From the NCBI GenBank assembly GCA_964019425.1, contig OZ025785.1, forward strand, positions 1,054,001 to 1,118,000: a stretch of DNA of 64,000 bases. Reading direction: 5' to 3'. The notes under the pieces were generated by a model that made no database searches, was not told where the DNA came from, and saw nothing but the letters and a program-made list of their open reading frames with translations. Below, one piece after another: positions 14,104 to 25,391 of this stretch (its first letter is position 1; the number at the start of each line of letters is the position of its first letter). Both the position numbers and the translations under genes were made by a program. The stretch is from Flectonema sp. DT1601. Taxonomy: Eukaryota.

Positions 14104-15203
14104 ATCTCCCTGCTATCCTCATATCCCCACAATAATATTATACCTTTTCATTTTCTCTTTCCTTTTCTGGTCTTTTTTTTTCTTTTTTTCCTTTTTCATA
14201 CAACGTTTTTTTATTTATATTTATATTTTTTTTTTTTTTTTTTTTTTTCATGTTTGATTATTTCCTCTTCATATTTTTTTTTTTCTATTCTTTCTTTTTT
14301 TTTTTTTTTTTTCTCTGCCTCTCTCTCAATTCTGTTCGTTTCTTTGAAACGAAAATTCATTTGAATATTATTCCTTGGTCAGCAACCATCATTGTCGCCC
14401 TTTGGGCCTGTTAAAAAAAAAAAAAAAAAATAAAAAGAAAGTTTACTTCGGGAATAGGGCAGGAGCCAAAAGCTCCCAGTCCGTTACTTCCCACTTTATC
14501 GAAATTTTTTAAAAAATAAATAAAAAGAATTTAAAAAAAAAAAAAAAAAAAAAAAAGAATAAACAATGTTATCATTGTTTTTTTATCGATCGACTATGTC
14601 GATCACTTTCTATTTTCCGTCCTGGTCAAGACGCTAAACTGATTGTTTTTTTTTCAAAATTAATAAAAAAGATTATAAAAAAATACAAAAAAAAGAATAA
14701 ACAATGTTATCATTGTTTTTTTTATCGATCGACTATGTCGATTACTTTCTATTTTCCGTCCTGGTCAAGACGCTAAACTGATTGTTTTTTTTCAAAATAA
14801 AAAAAAATATTAAAAAAAAAAATAAAAAAAAAAAGAACAAACAATGTTATCATTGTTTTTTTTTATCGTTCAACTTTGTTGACTAATTTCTATTTTCCGT
14901 TTTTTTTTCTTTAAAAAAAAAAAATAAATAAAAAGAATTTAAAAAAAAAAAAAAAAAAAAAAAAAGAATAAACAATGTTATCATTGTTTTTTTTATCGAT
15001 CGACTATGTCGATTACTTCCTATTTTCCGTCCTGGTCAAGACGCTAAACTGATTGTTTTTTTTTCAAAATAAAAAAAAATATTAAAAAAAAAAAATAATA
15101 AAAAAAAAGAATAAACAATGTTATCATTGTTTTTTTTATCGTTCGACTTTGTTGACTAATTTCTATTTTCCGTTTTTTTTTTCTTTAAAAAATAAATAAA
15201 AAG

Positions 15204-15236
<33 letters not shown>

Positions 15237-15724
15237 ATAAACAATGTTATCATTGTTTTTTTTATCGATCGACTATGTCGATTACTTCCTATTTTCCGTC
15301 CTGGTCAAGACGCTAAACTGATTGTTTTTTTTTCAAAATTAATAAAAAAGAATATAAAAAAATACAAAAAAAAGAATAAACAATGTTATCATTGTTTTTT
15401 TTTATCGTTCGACTTTGTCGACTAATTTCTATTTTCCGTTTTTTTTCTTTAAAAAATAAATAAAAAGAATTTAAAATAAAAAAAAGAATAAACAATGTTA
15501 TCATTGTTTTTTTTTATCGATCGACTATGTCGATTACTTTCTATTTTCCGTCCTGGTCAAGACGCTAAACTGATTGTTTTTTTTTCAAAATAAAAAAAAA
15601 TATTAAAAAAAAAAAATAATAAAAAAAAAGAATAAACAATGTTATCATTGTTTTTTTTATCGTTCGACTTTGTTGACTAATTTCTATTTTCCGTTTTTTT
15701 TTTCTTTAAAAAATAAATAAAAAG

Positions 15725-15757
<33 letters not shown>

Positions 15758-16840
15758 ATAAACAATGTTATCATTGTTTTTTTTATCGATCGACTATGTC
15801 GATTACTTCCTATTTTCCGTCCTGGTCAAGACGCTAAACTGATTGTTTTTTTTTCAAAATTAATAAAAAAGAATATAAAAAAATACAAAAAAAAGAATAA
15901 ACAATGTTATCATTGTTTTTTTTTATCGTTCGACTTTGTCGACTAATTTCTATTTTCCGTTTTTTTTCTTTAAAAAATAAATAAAAAGAATTTAAAATAA
16001 AAAAAAAAAAGAATAAACAATGTTATCATTGTTTTTTTTATCGATCGACTATGTCGATTACTTTCTATTTTCCGTCCTGGTCAAGACGCTAAACTGATTG
16101 TTTTTTTTTCAAAATGAATAAAAAAGAATATTAAAAAAAATACAAAAAAAAAAGAATAAACAATGTTATCATTGTTTTTTTTTATCGTTCGACTTTGTTG
16201 ACTAATTTCTATTTTCCATTTTTTTTTCTTTTTAAAAATAAATAAAAAGAATTAAAATAAAAAAAAAAAAAAGAATAAACAATGTTATCATTGTTTTTTT
16301 TATCGATCGACTATGTCGATTACTTTCTATTTTCCGTCCTGGTCAGGACGCTAAACTGATTGTTTTTTCTTTAAAAATAAATAAAAAGAATAAAAAAAAA
16401 AAAAAAAAAAAAAGGAATAAACAATGTTATCATTGTTTTTTTTTTATCGATCGACTATGTCGATTACTTACTATTTTCCTTCCTGGTCAAGACGCTAAAC
16501 TGATTGTTTTTTCTTTAAAACAATTAAAAAGGTTTAAAAAAAAAAAAAAAAAAAAAAAAATGAATAAACAATGTTATCATTGTTTTTTTTTCTATCGATC
16601 AACTATGTCGATTAATTTCTATTTTCCGTCCTGATCGAGACGCTAAACTGATTGTTTCCTTTTTTTAAATAATAAATAAAAAGAAAAAAAAAAAAAAAAA
16701 AAAAAGAGCATCTCCCTGCTATCCCTCATATCCCCACAATAATATTATACCTTTTCATTTTCTCTTTCCTTTTCTGGTCTTTTTTTTTTCTTTTTTTTCC
16801 TTTTTCATACAACGTTTTTTATTTATATATATATATATAT

Positions 16841-17617
16841 CAGTCATTCCTTTTTTTTGCGAACAAAAAACACCATTTTCTCACCGCCTGAGCAAGGTTA
16901 CACGATATGTTACTTTTGCTCGATTTTTTATTTTTTGGAATCGGGGAGGGTGCGATCTGTAAAATTAGGCATAGGGATATACTTTTAAACATGGTAAATG
17001 CTGCTAAAAAGAGATAAACGTCTCTTTGCAAAATTTCCTTGGTACTACTCAATGATAAATATTAATCCCAGACCTGGAATGGAAAGATCGAGAAAATCTG
17101 AGTAAAAAACACCCCTAATTTTTTTTTTTTCACTATTTTTTCCCCCTTCTCCCGCACTCAAGAGATATGCACCTTTTTACTAACAAATCAACCCTAGTAG
17201 CAATTATGTAAGGAAAATGTTGCATCTGTGGTGGTGATAATGATCATTAAGTATCAAAGTAGGTCCAAAAAGACAGGTAGTAACAATCTGCCTCACCGGC
17301 ACATGCTTAGTACTCTTTAATATATTTTTGCTCGATTATTTTTTCTCTGGATCCCGCTGGACCAGCAGTGTAAAATTAGACCCTTCGATTAATTTTTAGT
17401 TTTGGTACTTGTCCACGGCTGAGCTGATTTAGTAAACCACAAAATCTCTTTTCTCAATTCGGGTGACAAGTATGTGATGCCAACCTCCCGATTTCGGACG
17501 GAAATGAACCCAATGATGCAGCGCATTAAAATGCCGCTTCGATCGAAATTTTTACAATTTTTTTTTGAAAATCTTTTTCAATGTCCAAAATTTGTTCGCA
17601 AAAAAAAGGAATGACTG
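16841..17617. mobile_element. 777-bp non-autonomous TIR element (MITE) inserted in an (AT)n run
   Basis: Perfect 27-bp TIRs CAGTCATTCCTTTTTTTTGCGAACAAA / TTTGTTCGCAAAAAAAAGGAATGACTG, flanked by ATAT on both sides. Other copies of repeat A (e.g. 2330-2380) show the empty site. Confidence 0.9.
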
Positions 17618-17678
17618 ATATATATTTTTTTTTTTTTTTTTTTCATGTTTGATTATTTCCTCTTCATTTTTTTTTTTC

Positions 17679-17710
<32 letters not shown>

Positions 17711-17950
17711 CTCTGCCTCTCTCTTAATTCTGTTCGTTTCTTTGAAACGAAAATTCATTTGAATATTATTCCTTGGTCAGCAACCATCATTGTCGCCCTT
17801 TGGGCCTGTTAAAAAAAAATAAAAATAAAAGGGTAAAGGGGTCTTTCCTACACAAATAGTTTCAGAACTAACCATTCATTACAAAATCCAAAATGGCTGT
17901 AAACCGTCCAGTTCGATCCTGGGTGAGGGCATTTTTTTTTTTTCCCGATT

Positions 17951-18435
17951 TTTTTTTCAGGTTGGACTTTGTACGGGGAGGTTGGCTTTTATTAGTGGCT
18001 CCCCCCCCTTGGGGGGGGTTGGGGGGGGGGGCTTGCGTCCCGCCAAGAATTTGGCGGACGCAAGCCCCCCCCTTGCACTCTTCCCCAGCTTAACATCCAT
18101 TAGTAGCAAACTTGTTTTTTCAGGTTGGACTTTGTACAGGGGAGGTTGGCTTTTATTAGTGGCTCCCCCCCCTGGGGGGGGGGTTGGGGGGGGGACTTGC
18201 GTTCCGCCAAGAACTTGGCGGAACGCAAGCCCCCCCTTGCACTCTTCCCAACTTAATATCCATTAGTAGCAAATTTGTTTTTTGAGGTTGGACTTTGTAC
18301 AGGACAGGCAGACTTTGTACGGGAGAGGTTGGCTTTTATTAGTGGCTCCCCAATTGCGGGTTGGGGGGGGGGCTTGCGTTCCGCCAAGTTCTTGGCGGAA
18401 CGCAAGCCCCCCCTTGCTCTATACCCCAGCTTAAT
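17951..18435. repeat. Three ~164-bp GC-rich tandem units inside the MULE-like element, each with a long hairpin and G-runs
   Basis: Units start (C/G)AGGTTGGACTTTGTAC at ~17958, 18121 and 18285. Palindrome CTTGCGTTCCGCCAAG-NN-CTTGGCGGAACGCAAG. Confidence 0.9.
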
Positions 18436-18471
18436 ACCTATTCTGGGTGAAAAAATCCGGTAAAAAAAAAA

Positions 18472-18543
18472 TGACGTTGGTCGGGATTGAGCCTGGGCGT
18501 CGGGTATCCAAAGTCAGTGCTCCCTCCGCTGAACCACATCCGC
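18472..18543 (-). pseudogene. Degenerate tRNA-derived sequence (tRNA length, TGG at the anticodon position) followed by a T-run
   Basis: Minus strand GCGGATG TG GTTC AGCGGAGG GAGC A CTGAC TTTGGAT ACCCG ACGC CCAGG CTCAATC CCGAC CAACGTC A TTTTTTTTT. The A box and D-arm are intact, the B box is degenerate, and the acceptor and anticodon stems do not pair. Confidence 0.6.
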
Positions 18544-18747
18544 TCTTAAAGACAGGTGCGGGTCTCGATGCATCCCATATACAGTTTTTGGGTCCCCCAG
18601 CCATTTTGGATTTTGTAATGAATGGTTAGTTCTGAAACTATTTGTGTAGTAAACACTAGTTTGCCCAAAATAAAAAGAAAGTTTACATCGGGAATAGGGC
18701 AGGAGCCAAAAGCTCCCAGTCCGTTACTTCCCACTTTATCGAAATTC

Positions 18748-21700
18748 AATTGTTTCTACTAAGTGTTTCTCACTTAGATTTTTTTTTTTTGCTTTTCAGC
18801 TCCTTAAAAGCTGCTAAGTGTTTCTGCTAAGTGTTTCTCACTTAGAATTTTATTGTTATGTTCGTTTTCTATCCCTTCTCCTATCCCTTTTGTTCAAAAT
18901 AAGCGGGAGGAAATTCTCTCATTCACGCTAAGATGCACTCTGAACTTTGATTTTTTGATCTGAGTGTGAGGGAATGACCTGTTAGTGCATTGGGCATAGG
19001 CTGGGCTGCAGTTTAGATGTCTTAGGTGTTAATAGGGGGTTCCTCTTAGCATTTTTCTTTGTTCCCACCTTATGATTTTCTTGAAGAAAAAAAATAGAAG
19101 TCATAATGGTGCTTCCCTCTGGAAGGGTTGTAAGCCATGGTGTCCAACTAGATTAAAGGACAAGTCTGGGATAATCCCTGCCAGAGGGGCGAGTATTCTA
19201 CCATGGTTGAAATACTCTGGCAACTGATCTTCAATTTTATGTTGTTTGTTAGCTGCTGGTGTAATTAAATCATGTGTTGATACTTGCATTTGTTTATTTG
19301 TTATCTTTTACTACAATAACGCTTGCCTATATCTTTTCTTTTTATTCCCTATCTGTTCTGATCTGTTACTTCATTTGTCTTGTTTAACTTCAGTTATATG
19401 CATTTTACTTTTTATTGTTTCCCATCTACTTTTTATTTTCTATTAGTTCTGGTCAGAAACTCCTGGGCAGCAAGAAGGAAAGTAGTTAAGTACTTCTGGG
19501 TGTTTGGCATCACCCCCCATAGTGAGCAAGTACAACAGGTAGCATTGGTAGTCTGTTGATCCTGAGTGATCCCAGCTACAGTTTTGTTTTTCTTTCTTTT
19601 TTTTAGAAGAAGATCAGGACATCCAAGCACTGCTGGATAGTTGCTGAATGCAGGGCCTGCCTGTGGCATTATAATAACAGGCTAAGTCATTTGTAGTTCA
19701 TAGTTTACCTTTGATTTTATAACTTCACACAGGGTACTATGAACGATGAGAGATCCAGTGGGATCACTCAGGGTCTAGTAGAGACCACCAATGTTGTGCG
19801 TTGATAGGCAAGGTGACCAACCTTGACATTCTTTCTTTTCTCTCCTGTTGTGACAAACACAAAATACACACACAGCTTACAGTGTGTTCTTTGTGTATGT
19901 TTTCTTCAGGTGTGAGTAGTTTTTTTGTTCTTGCTCTTCAGGGAGGGCCTTAGCCAAAAGCTAACAGTCCAAATCTCACCTGGAAATTCAACTCAGTCCT
20001 TGTCAGTTTTGGCATCAAACTTGTAATGGTTTAATCATTACAGGTTATTTACTGAAATATTTGTTCTAAAAGTTGCTAAGTATTTCTCACTTAGAAATTT
20101 TTTATTTTTTTATTTTCAGCTTAATTAGCTACAAATTGTTTCTACTAAGTGTTTCTCACTTAGATTTTTTTTTTTGCTTTTCAGCTCCTTAAAAGCTGCT
20201 AAGTGTTTCTGCTAAGTGTTTCTCACTTAGAATTTTATTGTTATGTTCGTTTTCTATCCCTTCTCCTATCCCTTTTGTTCAAAATAAGCGGGAGGAAATT
20301 CTCTCATTCACGCTAAGATGCACTCTGAACTTTGATTTTTTGATCTGAGTGTGAGGGAATGACCTGTTAGTGCATTGGGCATAGGCTGGGCTGCAGTTTA
20401 GATGTCTTAGGTGTTAATAGGGGGTTCCTCTTAGCATTTTTCTTTGTTCCCACCTTATGATTTTCTTGAAGAAAAAAAATAGAAGTCATAATGGTGCTTC
20501 CCTCTGGAAGGGTTGTAAGCCATGGTGTCCAACTAAATTAAAGGACAAGTCTGGGATAATCCCTGCCAGAGGGGCGAGTATTCTACCATGGTTGAAATAC
20601 TCTGGCAACTGATCTTCAATTTTATGTTGTTTGTTAGCTGCTGGTGTAATTAAATCATGTGTTGATACTTGCATTTGTTTATTTGTTATCTTTTACTACA
20701 ATAACGCTTGCCTATATCTTTTCTACGTCGATGGAGGACAATCCTCCCATCAACAGACCCATCTCCGGCTGTGCGTCGTCGCCTCCCCCGCCACCGGTAG
20801 CCGGGGGGCCTTCGTTTCCCGCAACCAGGCGACGTAACTGCGCCTCCAACTCTGCCTTCTCAGTCTCTTCTCGTACCCTCTGCCGTAAGTTAGCCAGCTC
20901 TCCTGAGTTTGCGTAGGAAGATGAGACGGGGTTGGGCACCAAAGTAGCCTTCGTAGGTGATAACTTTGCCATCCGTTTTTCCAGCTCGAGCTGGGCCTGC
21001 AGCGCAGACACTTCCGCGTGGTGTCGTGCCTCCAGCTTGGCCTTCGCCTCCGCTTCGTTCACCAGGATTCCGGCCTGGTTCCGTGCCGCGTCCACATCCC
21101 TCCCTTGGGCTTGCGTTACCGCCAAACCGGCTTGGGCCCGCACCGCGTCCACCTCCCTCCCTGCTTGTGCTTGCGTTACCGCTGCGCCGGCTTGGGCCCA
21201 AGCTGAGTCGCAACCAGCTTGCGCATGCATGATCGCTTGAGCCGCCATGGACTGCGTGGCAGCTATTGCAGAGTTCCCCTCTGCTACCAGAGCCCTCCGG
21301 TCTCCGGCCGCTACCACCTCCGTGGCCATCGCCTGCGTCTCCGCGGAGTGCGCTGCCATTGCAGCTTGGGCAACGAACGTTGGTGTTGCTTGTCCTCTTC
21401 CGGCCCCTGGAGTGAGGGCTACGACGGTGTTTGGGTCGACGCCAGACATTTTTGTTGATCGCAGCTAGTTTTACTGGCGCACAGGGAAAATAGATAACAT
21501 GACATAATAAATAACGGCTCTTAATCTGAATAGTTTGCTTTTCTGGGATAATCCCTGCCAGAGGGGCGAGTATTCTCTATCTGTTCTGATCTGTTACTTC
21601 ATTTGTCTTGTTTAACTTCAGTTATATGCATTTTACTTTTTATTGTTTCCCATCTACTTTTTATTTTCTATTAGTTCTGGTCAGAAACTCCTGGGCAGCA

Positions 21701-22223
21701 AGAAGGAAAGTAGTTAAGTACTTCTGGGTGTTTGGCATCACCCCCCATAGTGAGCAAGTACAACAGGTAGCATTGGTAGTCTGTTGATCCTGAGTGATCC
21801 CAGCTACAGTTTTGTTTTTCTTTCTTTTTTTTAGAAGAAGATCAGGACATCCAAGCACTGCTGGATAGTTGCTGAATGCAGGGCCTGCCTGTGGCATTAT
21901 AATAACAGGCTAAGTCATTTGTAGTTCATAGTTTACCTTTGATTTTATAACTTCACACAGGGTACTATGAACGATGAGAGATCCAGTGGGATCACTCAGG
22001 GTCTAGTAGAGACCACCAATGTTGTGCGTTGATAGGCAAGGTGACCAACCTTGACATTCTTTCTTTTCTCTCCTGTTGTGACAAACACAAAATACGCACA
22101 CAGCTTACAGTGTGTTCTTTGTGTATGTTTTCTTCAGGTGTGAGTAGTTTTTTTGTTCTTGCTCTTCAGGGAGGGCCTTAGCCAAAAGCTAACAGTCCAA
22201 ATCTCACCTGGAAATTCAACTCA
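18748..22223. repeat. Two tandem copies of repeat 'B' (~1385-bp period); the second is interrupted at ~20725-21576
   Basis: ORF MQVSTHD... recurs at 19101 and 20486 (offset 1385), and MPQAGPAF... at 19433 and 21661. Confidence 0.9.
20712..21449 (-). CDS. GC-rich Ala/Gln-rich coiled-coil ORF (245 aa) inserted in repeat B; probably a 3'-truncated captured fragment
   Basis: ATG at 21449 with internal ~20-aa repeats (AQAGAAVTQAQAGREVDAVR). The stop codon is supplied by flanking repeat B sequence, and there is a sharp GC/CpG contrast with the flanks. Confidence 0.5.
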   Translation of the reverse strand: MSGVDPNTVVALTPGAGRGQATPTFVAQAAMAAHSAETQAMATEVVAAGDRRALVAEGNSAIAATQSMAAQAIMHAQAGCDSAWAQAGAAVTQAQAGREVDAVRAQAGLAVTQAQGRDVDAARNQAGILVNEAEAKAKLEARHHAEVSALQAQLELEKRMAKLSPTKATLVPNPVSSSYANSGELANLRQRVREETEKAELEAQLRRLVAGNEGPPATGGGGGDDAQPEMGLLMGGLSSIDVEKI

Positions 22224-22374
22224 TCTAAATAGAAGTCATAATGGTGCTTCCCTCTGGAAGGGTTGCGGGAAATTAAGGCTGAAACTTTCCTTGAAATGCC
22301 AGATTTTAGAAAACGAATTAGAGCAAATGAAAGAACGAATTTTTTATGTTCTATTTTTATTTTACTTTAATGCG

Positions 22375-23361
22375 ATGTCAGCCTCCCTCGAGAAAGACAA
22401 GCAGTTACTAAATGGATTACCTGTTGAGATCAAAGCTACTAACCAGGATCCATCCTCACTTCCTCCTGCGCCCCCTGTTTTAATTATTGAAAAAGATAGA
22501 AAAGAATATGAACTTCTGGAAGGAGTAATTCAACGGTTAACAGCAGAACGCGATGAATCGAAGACTTCTCTTTCTGCACTAGTTCGACAATATGACTTAG
22601 TGGAAGATTACAGGAAACGTGAGCTCGCAAATCTGACTCAGAGAGCAGACCTATCGGAAATGGCGCTCTTTAATTACCATCAAAGGTTTGTTCTTCTGTC
22701 GAACGAATTGGAGACCAAATGTAATGAGGAAAGAGAAAGTAAAATAAGACTTTTCTATACTCAACAGGAGGTCGAGAGTTTGCGTGCCGCGCGTCCCCGT
22801 ATGACCCACTTTAGTCAACAAGTTTCCCCCCGAACCCCCGTTCTGTATGAATCTGTTGCTATGATGAAGATAGCAAAGAACTACCTCTCGCTCTTTACAA
22901 CTACGAGTAGTCTTTTTACTCCTCTTATTAAACCCCTTATCCCTACCCTTAATTATATCACCCCTCTTTGTCCTCTAGCCTCAATTCCTCCGACAATGCC
23001 GCAGAGTGAAGCTCTCGACCGCACGCCGACCAAGATTTTACGACAAGAGAGTCACGTTATCTCCGTTAAAGAGAATACACCTATTGCGAGACAATGGTCC
23101 GAGGGTAGGATTGACTTACTCGAGAACTACTGTCGAGCAGTAGATGACTCTCTCGAAACAAACGAGAAAGCGGCAGAGCTCTCAGAACAACTTTTGGATG
23201 CCCAACTTCGCCTCTCGGAGCTGAATCACCAACGGTGTACAACTCACGCAGAGCAGCTTGAGCAATCCATGATGTTAACGGGACTGGCGAGCGATTTAAA
23301 TGCTCAACTCGCCTTGGCACGGTCTCAAATTGCGGCCCTGAAGTTCCAATTAGCTTCATGA
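22375..23361 (+). CDS. Hypothetical coiled-coil protein (~328 aa from MSASLEK), likely TE-associated or a fragment
   Basis: Long open frame rich in L/E/Q/R heptads. The upstream part of ORF 22153..23361 is repeat B sequence and is not credible coding. Confidence 0.45.
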   Translation: MSASLEKDKQLLNGLPVEIKATNQDPSSLPPAPPVLIIEKDRKEYELLEGVIQRLTAERDESKTSLSALVRQYDLVEDYRKRELANLTQRADLSEMALFNYHQRFVLLSNELETKCNEERESKIRLFYTQQEVESLRAARPRMTHFSQQVSPRTPVLYESVAMMKIAKNYLSLFTTTSSLFTPLIKPLIPTLNYITPLCPLASIPPTMPQSEALDRTPTKILRQESHVISVKENTPIARQWSEGRIDLLENYCRAVDDSLETNEKAAELSEQLLDAQLRLSELNHQRCTTHAEQLEQSMMLTGLASDLNAQLALARSQIAALKFQLAS

Positions 23362-23963
23362 GCAGAAGGTTTGAGTCCGCCAGACACAGAAGAACATGAG
23401 GAAAATGAAACTCCGCCGAGAAAGTCTGAGCGTTCAACTCTGAAAAAACGGACCCCTCCATCAAGATATCGTTACAATCGTAGGAGATGTTCTGCTGATG
23501 ACGTTCACGGTGACTCCACCCCCTTGTAATTCTCTTTTTCCTTACTTTCACATCACTTTGTTTATTTAGTTTATTAGCTTATTTCATAGATGGAAGTGCC
23601 CTACAATTTGGAGGGCGTGTAGGGCGCTTGTAGGGCGCTTTTAATATAAATATTATTTTGGAGGGCGCTTTTTTTTACCTTTTTTATTACTATAAGACAG
23701 CTAAATTGACGTCGACTTACACTGACGCACAAGTATTTTGACGCAGAAGCCAAAAAAAAATTTTGACATGCTTGGCAGTCTTTCGAAAAAGAGAAAAAAG
23801 GGTGTCACGGGGTTCGAACCCGAGACCTCCAGGTCATGGTTCGGAGGTCAGCAATGGCAAAAACAATGGGCCACTCCTTGAGAGCTTCCGGAGCCTGCTG
23901 CAATCCCTGAAGCTGAAACTCATTTCAGTGGACGATGCATCCCAGATCTACAAGGAACTAATA

Positions 23964-25391
23964 TGAGGCGATCGGCAGGGGTGGAGGTTTCACGAATTTT
24001 CACGATCCTTCACGGTTTGTCACGAGTTGTCACTACCTATCACGAAAATTCACGAAAATTCACTGCCAAAAAGCATGGTGAAAAATCGTGAATTTTCGTG
24101 AATAATCGTGAATTTTCGTGAATTTTGATATTGAGATTTGTGGTTTGGTAAAAAAAACTACTCAGGGGGGGCCTGAACTGCACTGCTTCGTAGTTGTCAT
24201 CGGTGCTTGTTAATCCTATCGTTCTCTACAGTTTATTGTTAATACTACTTCTCTTTAATCCAGCTCTTGTTACAGTTTCATGTGGTTGCTGAACTAGGTG
24301 GGTTGATAGGCATGTGTGGTGATCGTTGAAGTGGTGGTGCTTGTTAATCCTATCGTTCTCTAAAGTTTATTGTGGTAATGCATTCACATGGCTCTCGTAA
24401 GAGTAACAGTGCAACTTCGCGATTCCTTGCCAGCAGAGATCTTGCTGTATGTGACTAGCAGATCAAAGCTGTTAGATGTATTGGGTGGTATGGGACTAGA
24501 AGTTGAAGATGACTTGGAGGTTAGGGCTCGTGTTGCTGGCACAGATGGCATGCTGATCTGGTGCGATGAGAAGATTGGTGAAGTTGACGGTGTATTGCAA
24601 TACACTGTTGCTGGGACCCTGCATCACCGCCCACAGCCACCAAGTACAGTTGTCCCGATCCTCTTGCAGCACATCGCCATGCGCCGCATTCCGCAGTTTA
24701 CCCGCCAGCTTCATGGTCTTGAATACGTCAGTTATGCAGTCAGTGACGCAACATCTGTGACAGAAAACTCGTCAGCGCTACACATCACTGCTGCTACAGC
24801 TACGACTGCATGCTATAGTCTTGCATGCAGACTGACACAGAGCCACCAAGCTCAATCATTCTGTGACACACTACGACGTGCGCCACTTCCAGCAGCTCGG
24901 AATCTTAATCACTGATCCGGCACCACCACCTCTGTCAACCTGCACGATTACCTCTGCGCTCAGTGATCGGGGTGGGTCAGAATACAGGGGGTTTAAATTA
25001 TTTGACCAAGATGGCAATATCTGCCTCATCCCGGAGCCTACACACCGAGTTCATTGCATTGCCTCCTGGATTGCGAAGTACTTTGGCCTCAGTGACTTCC
25101 TCCGTTCAATAGTAACGCTGTGCTTCTTCATACGTGGGAATCGGTCGTTTGCTTACTGGCTTCGCAAGAAGCACCGCATCTCTTTTAGGGCGTGTCCATT
25201 TAAAGAGAAGGTTACGAATGGGCGCTTCTGAACCTTAGCATTTTCACACATTTTCACACATTTTCACAGGATTTCACTACCAAAAAGCAGCAAAAAATTA
25301 AGTGAAAAATCGTGAAAAATCGTGAAAAATCGTGAATTTTCGTGTAGCAAAGTGAAAAATCGTGAACACCTCCACCCTGCCGATCGCCTCA
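23964..25391. mobile_element. Nested 1428-bp TIR element with TG...CA ends, 5-bp TSD and 10-bp subterminal repeat arrays
   Basis: TIR TGAGGCGATCGGCAGGG(G)TGGAGGT. TSD TAATA at 23959-23963 and 25392-25396. TTCACGA/TCGTGAA arrays at 23988-24127 and 25240-25366. Confidence 0.9.
24388..25231 (+). pseudogene. Frameshifted, truncated DDE transposase-like remnant (hAT/MULE-like motif order)
   Basis: ORFs 24388..24915 and 24863..25231 join by a +1 shift near 24878 (SHQAQSFCDTLR / RHFQQLGI). Motifs LIWCDE, SALSDRGG, HRVHCIA and FLRSIVTLCFFIR were matched by eye only. Confidence 0.45.

Larger units (their letters stand above)
17831..18666. mobile_element. 836-bp non-autonomous Mutator-like (MULE-type) element with ~69-bp TIRs and 9-bp TSD
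   Basis: Ends are GGGTAAA / TTTGCCC. The inner 52 bp of the TIR are perfect (17848-17899 vs 18598-18649). TSD AAAATAAAA at 17822-17830 and 18667-18675. The empty site is seen at ~10801-10830. Confidence 0.85.

Noticed and set aside
18472..18543. Functional tRNA-Pro gene
   Set aside because: The acceptor, anticodon and T stems do not pair; reported only as a relic.
5312..21897. Repeated short ORFs MPQAGPAF..., MQVSTHD... and MLSLFFF...
   Set aside because: They recur only because they lie in repeats. A faint resemblance of one frame to a tyrosine-recombinase N-terminus was too weak to support.
22153..22374. N-terminal extension of the 402-aa ORF
   Set aside because: It starts at TTG within repeat B and crosses a rearrangement junction, so the frame is fortuitous.
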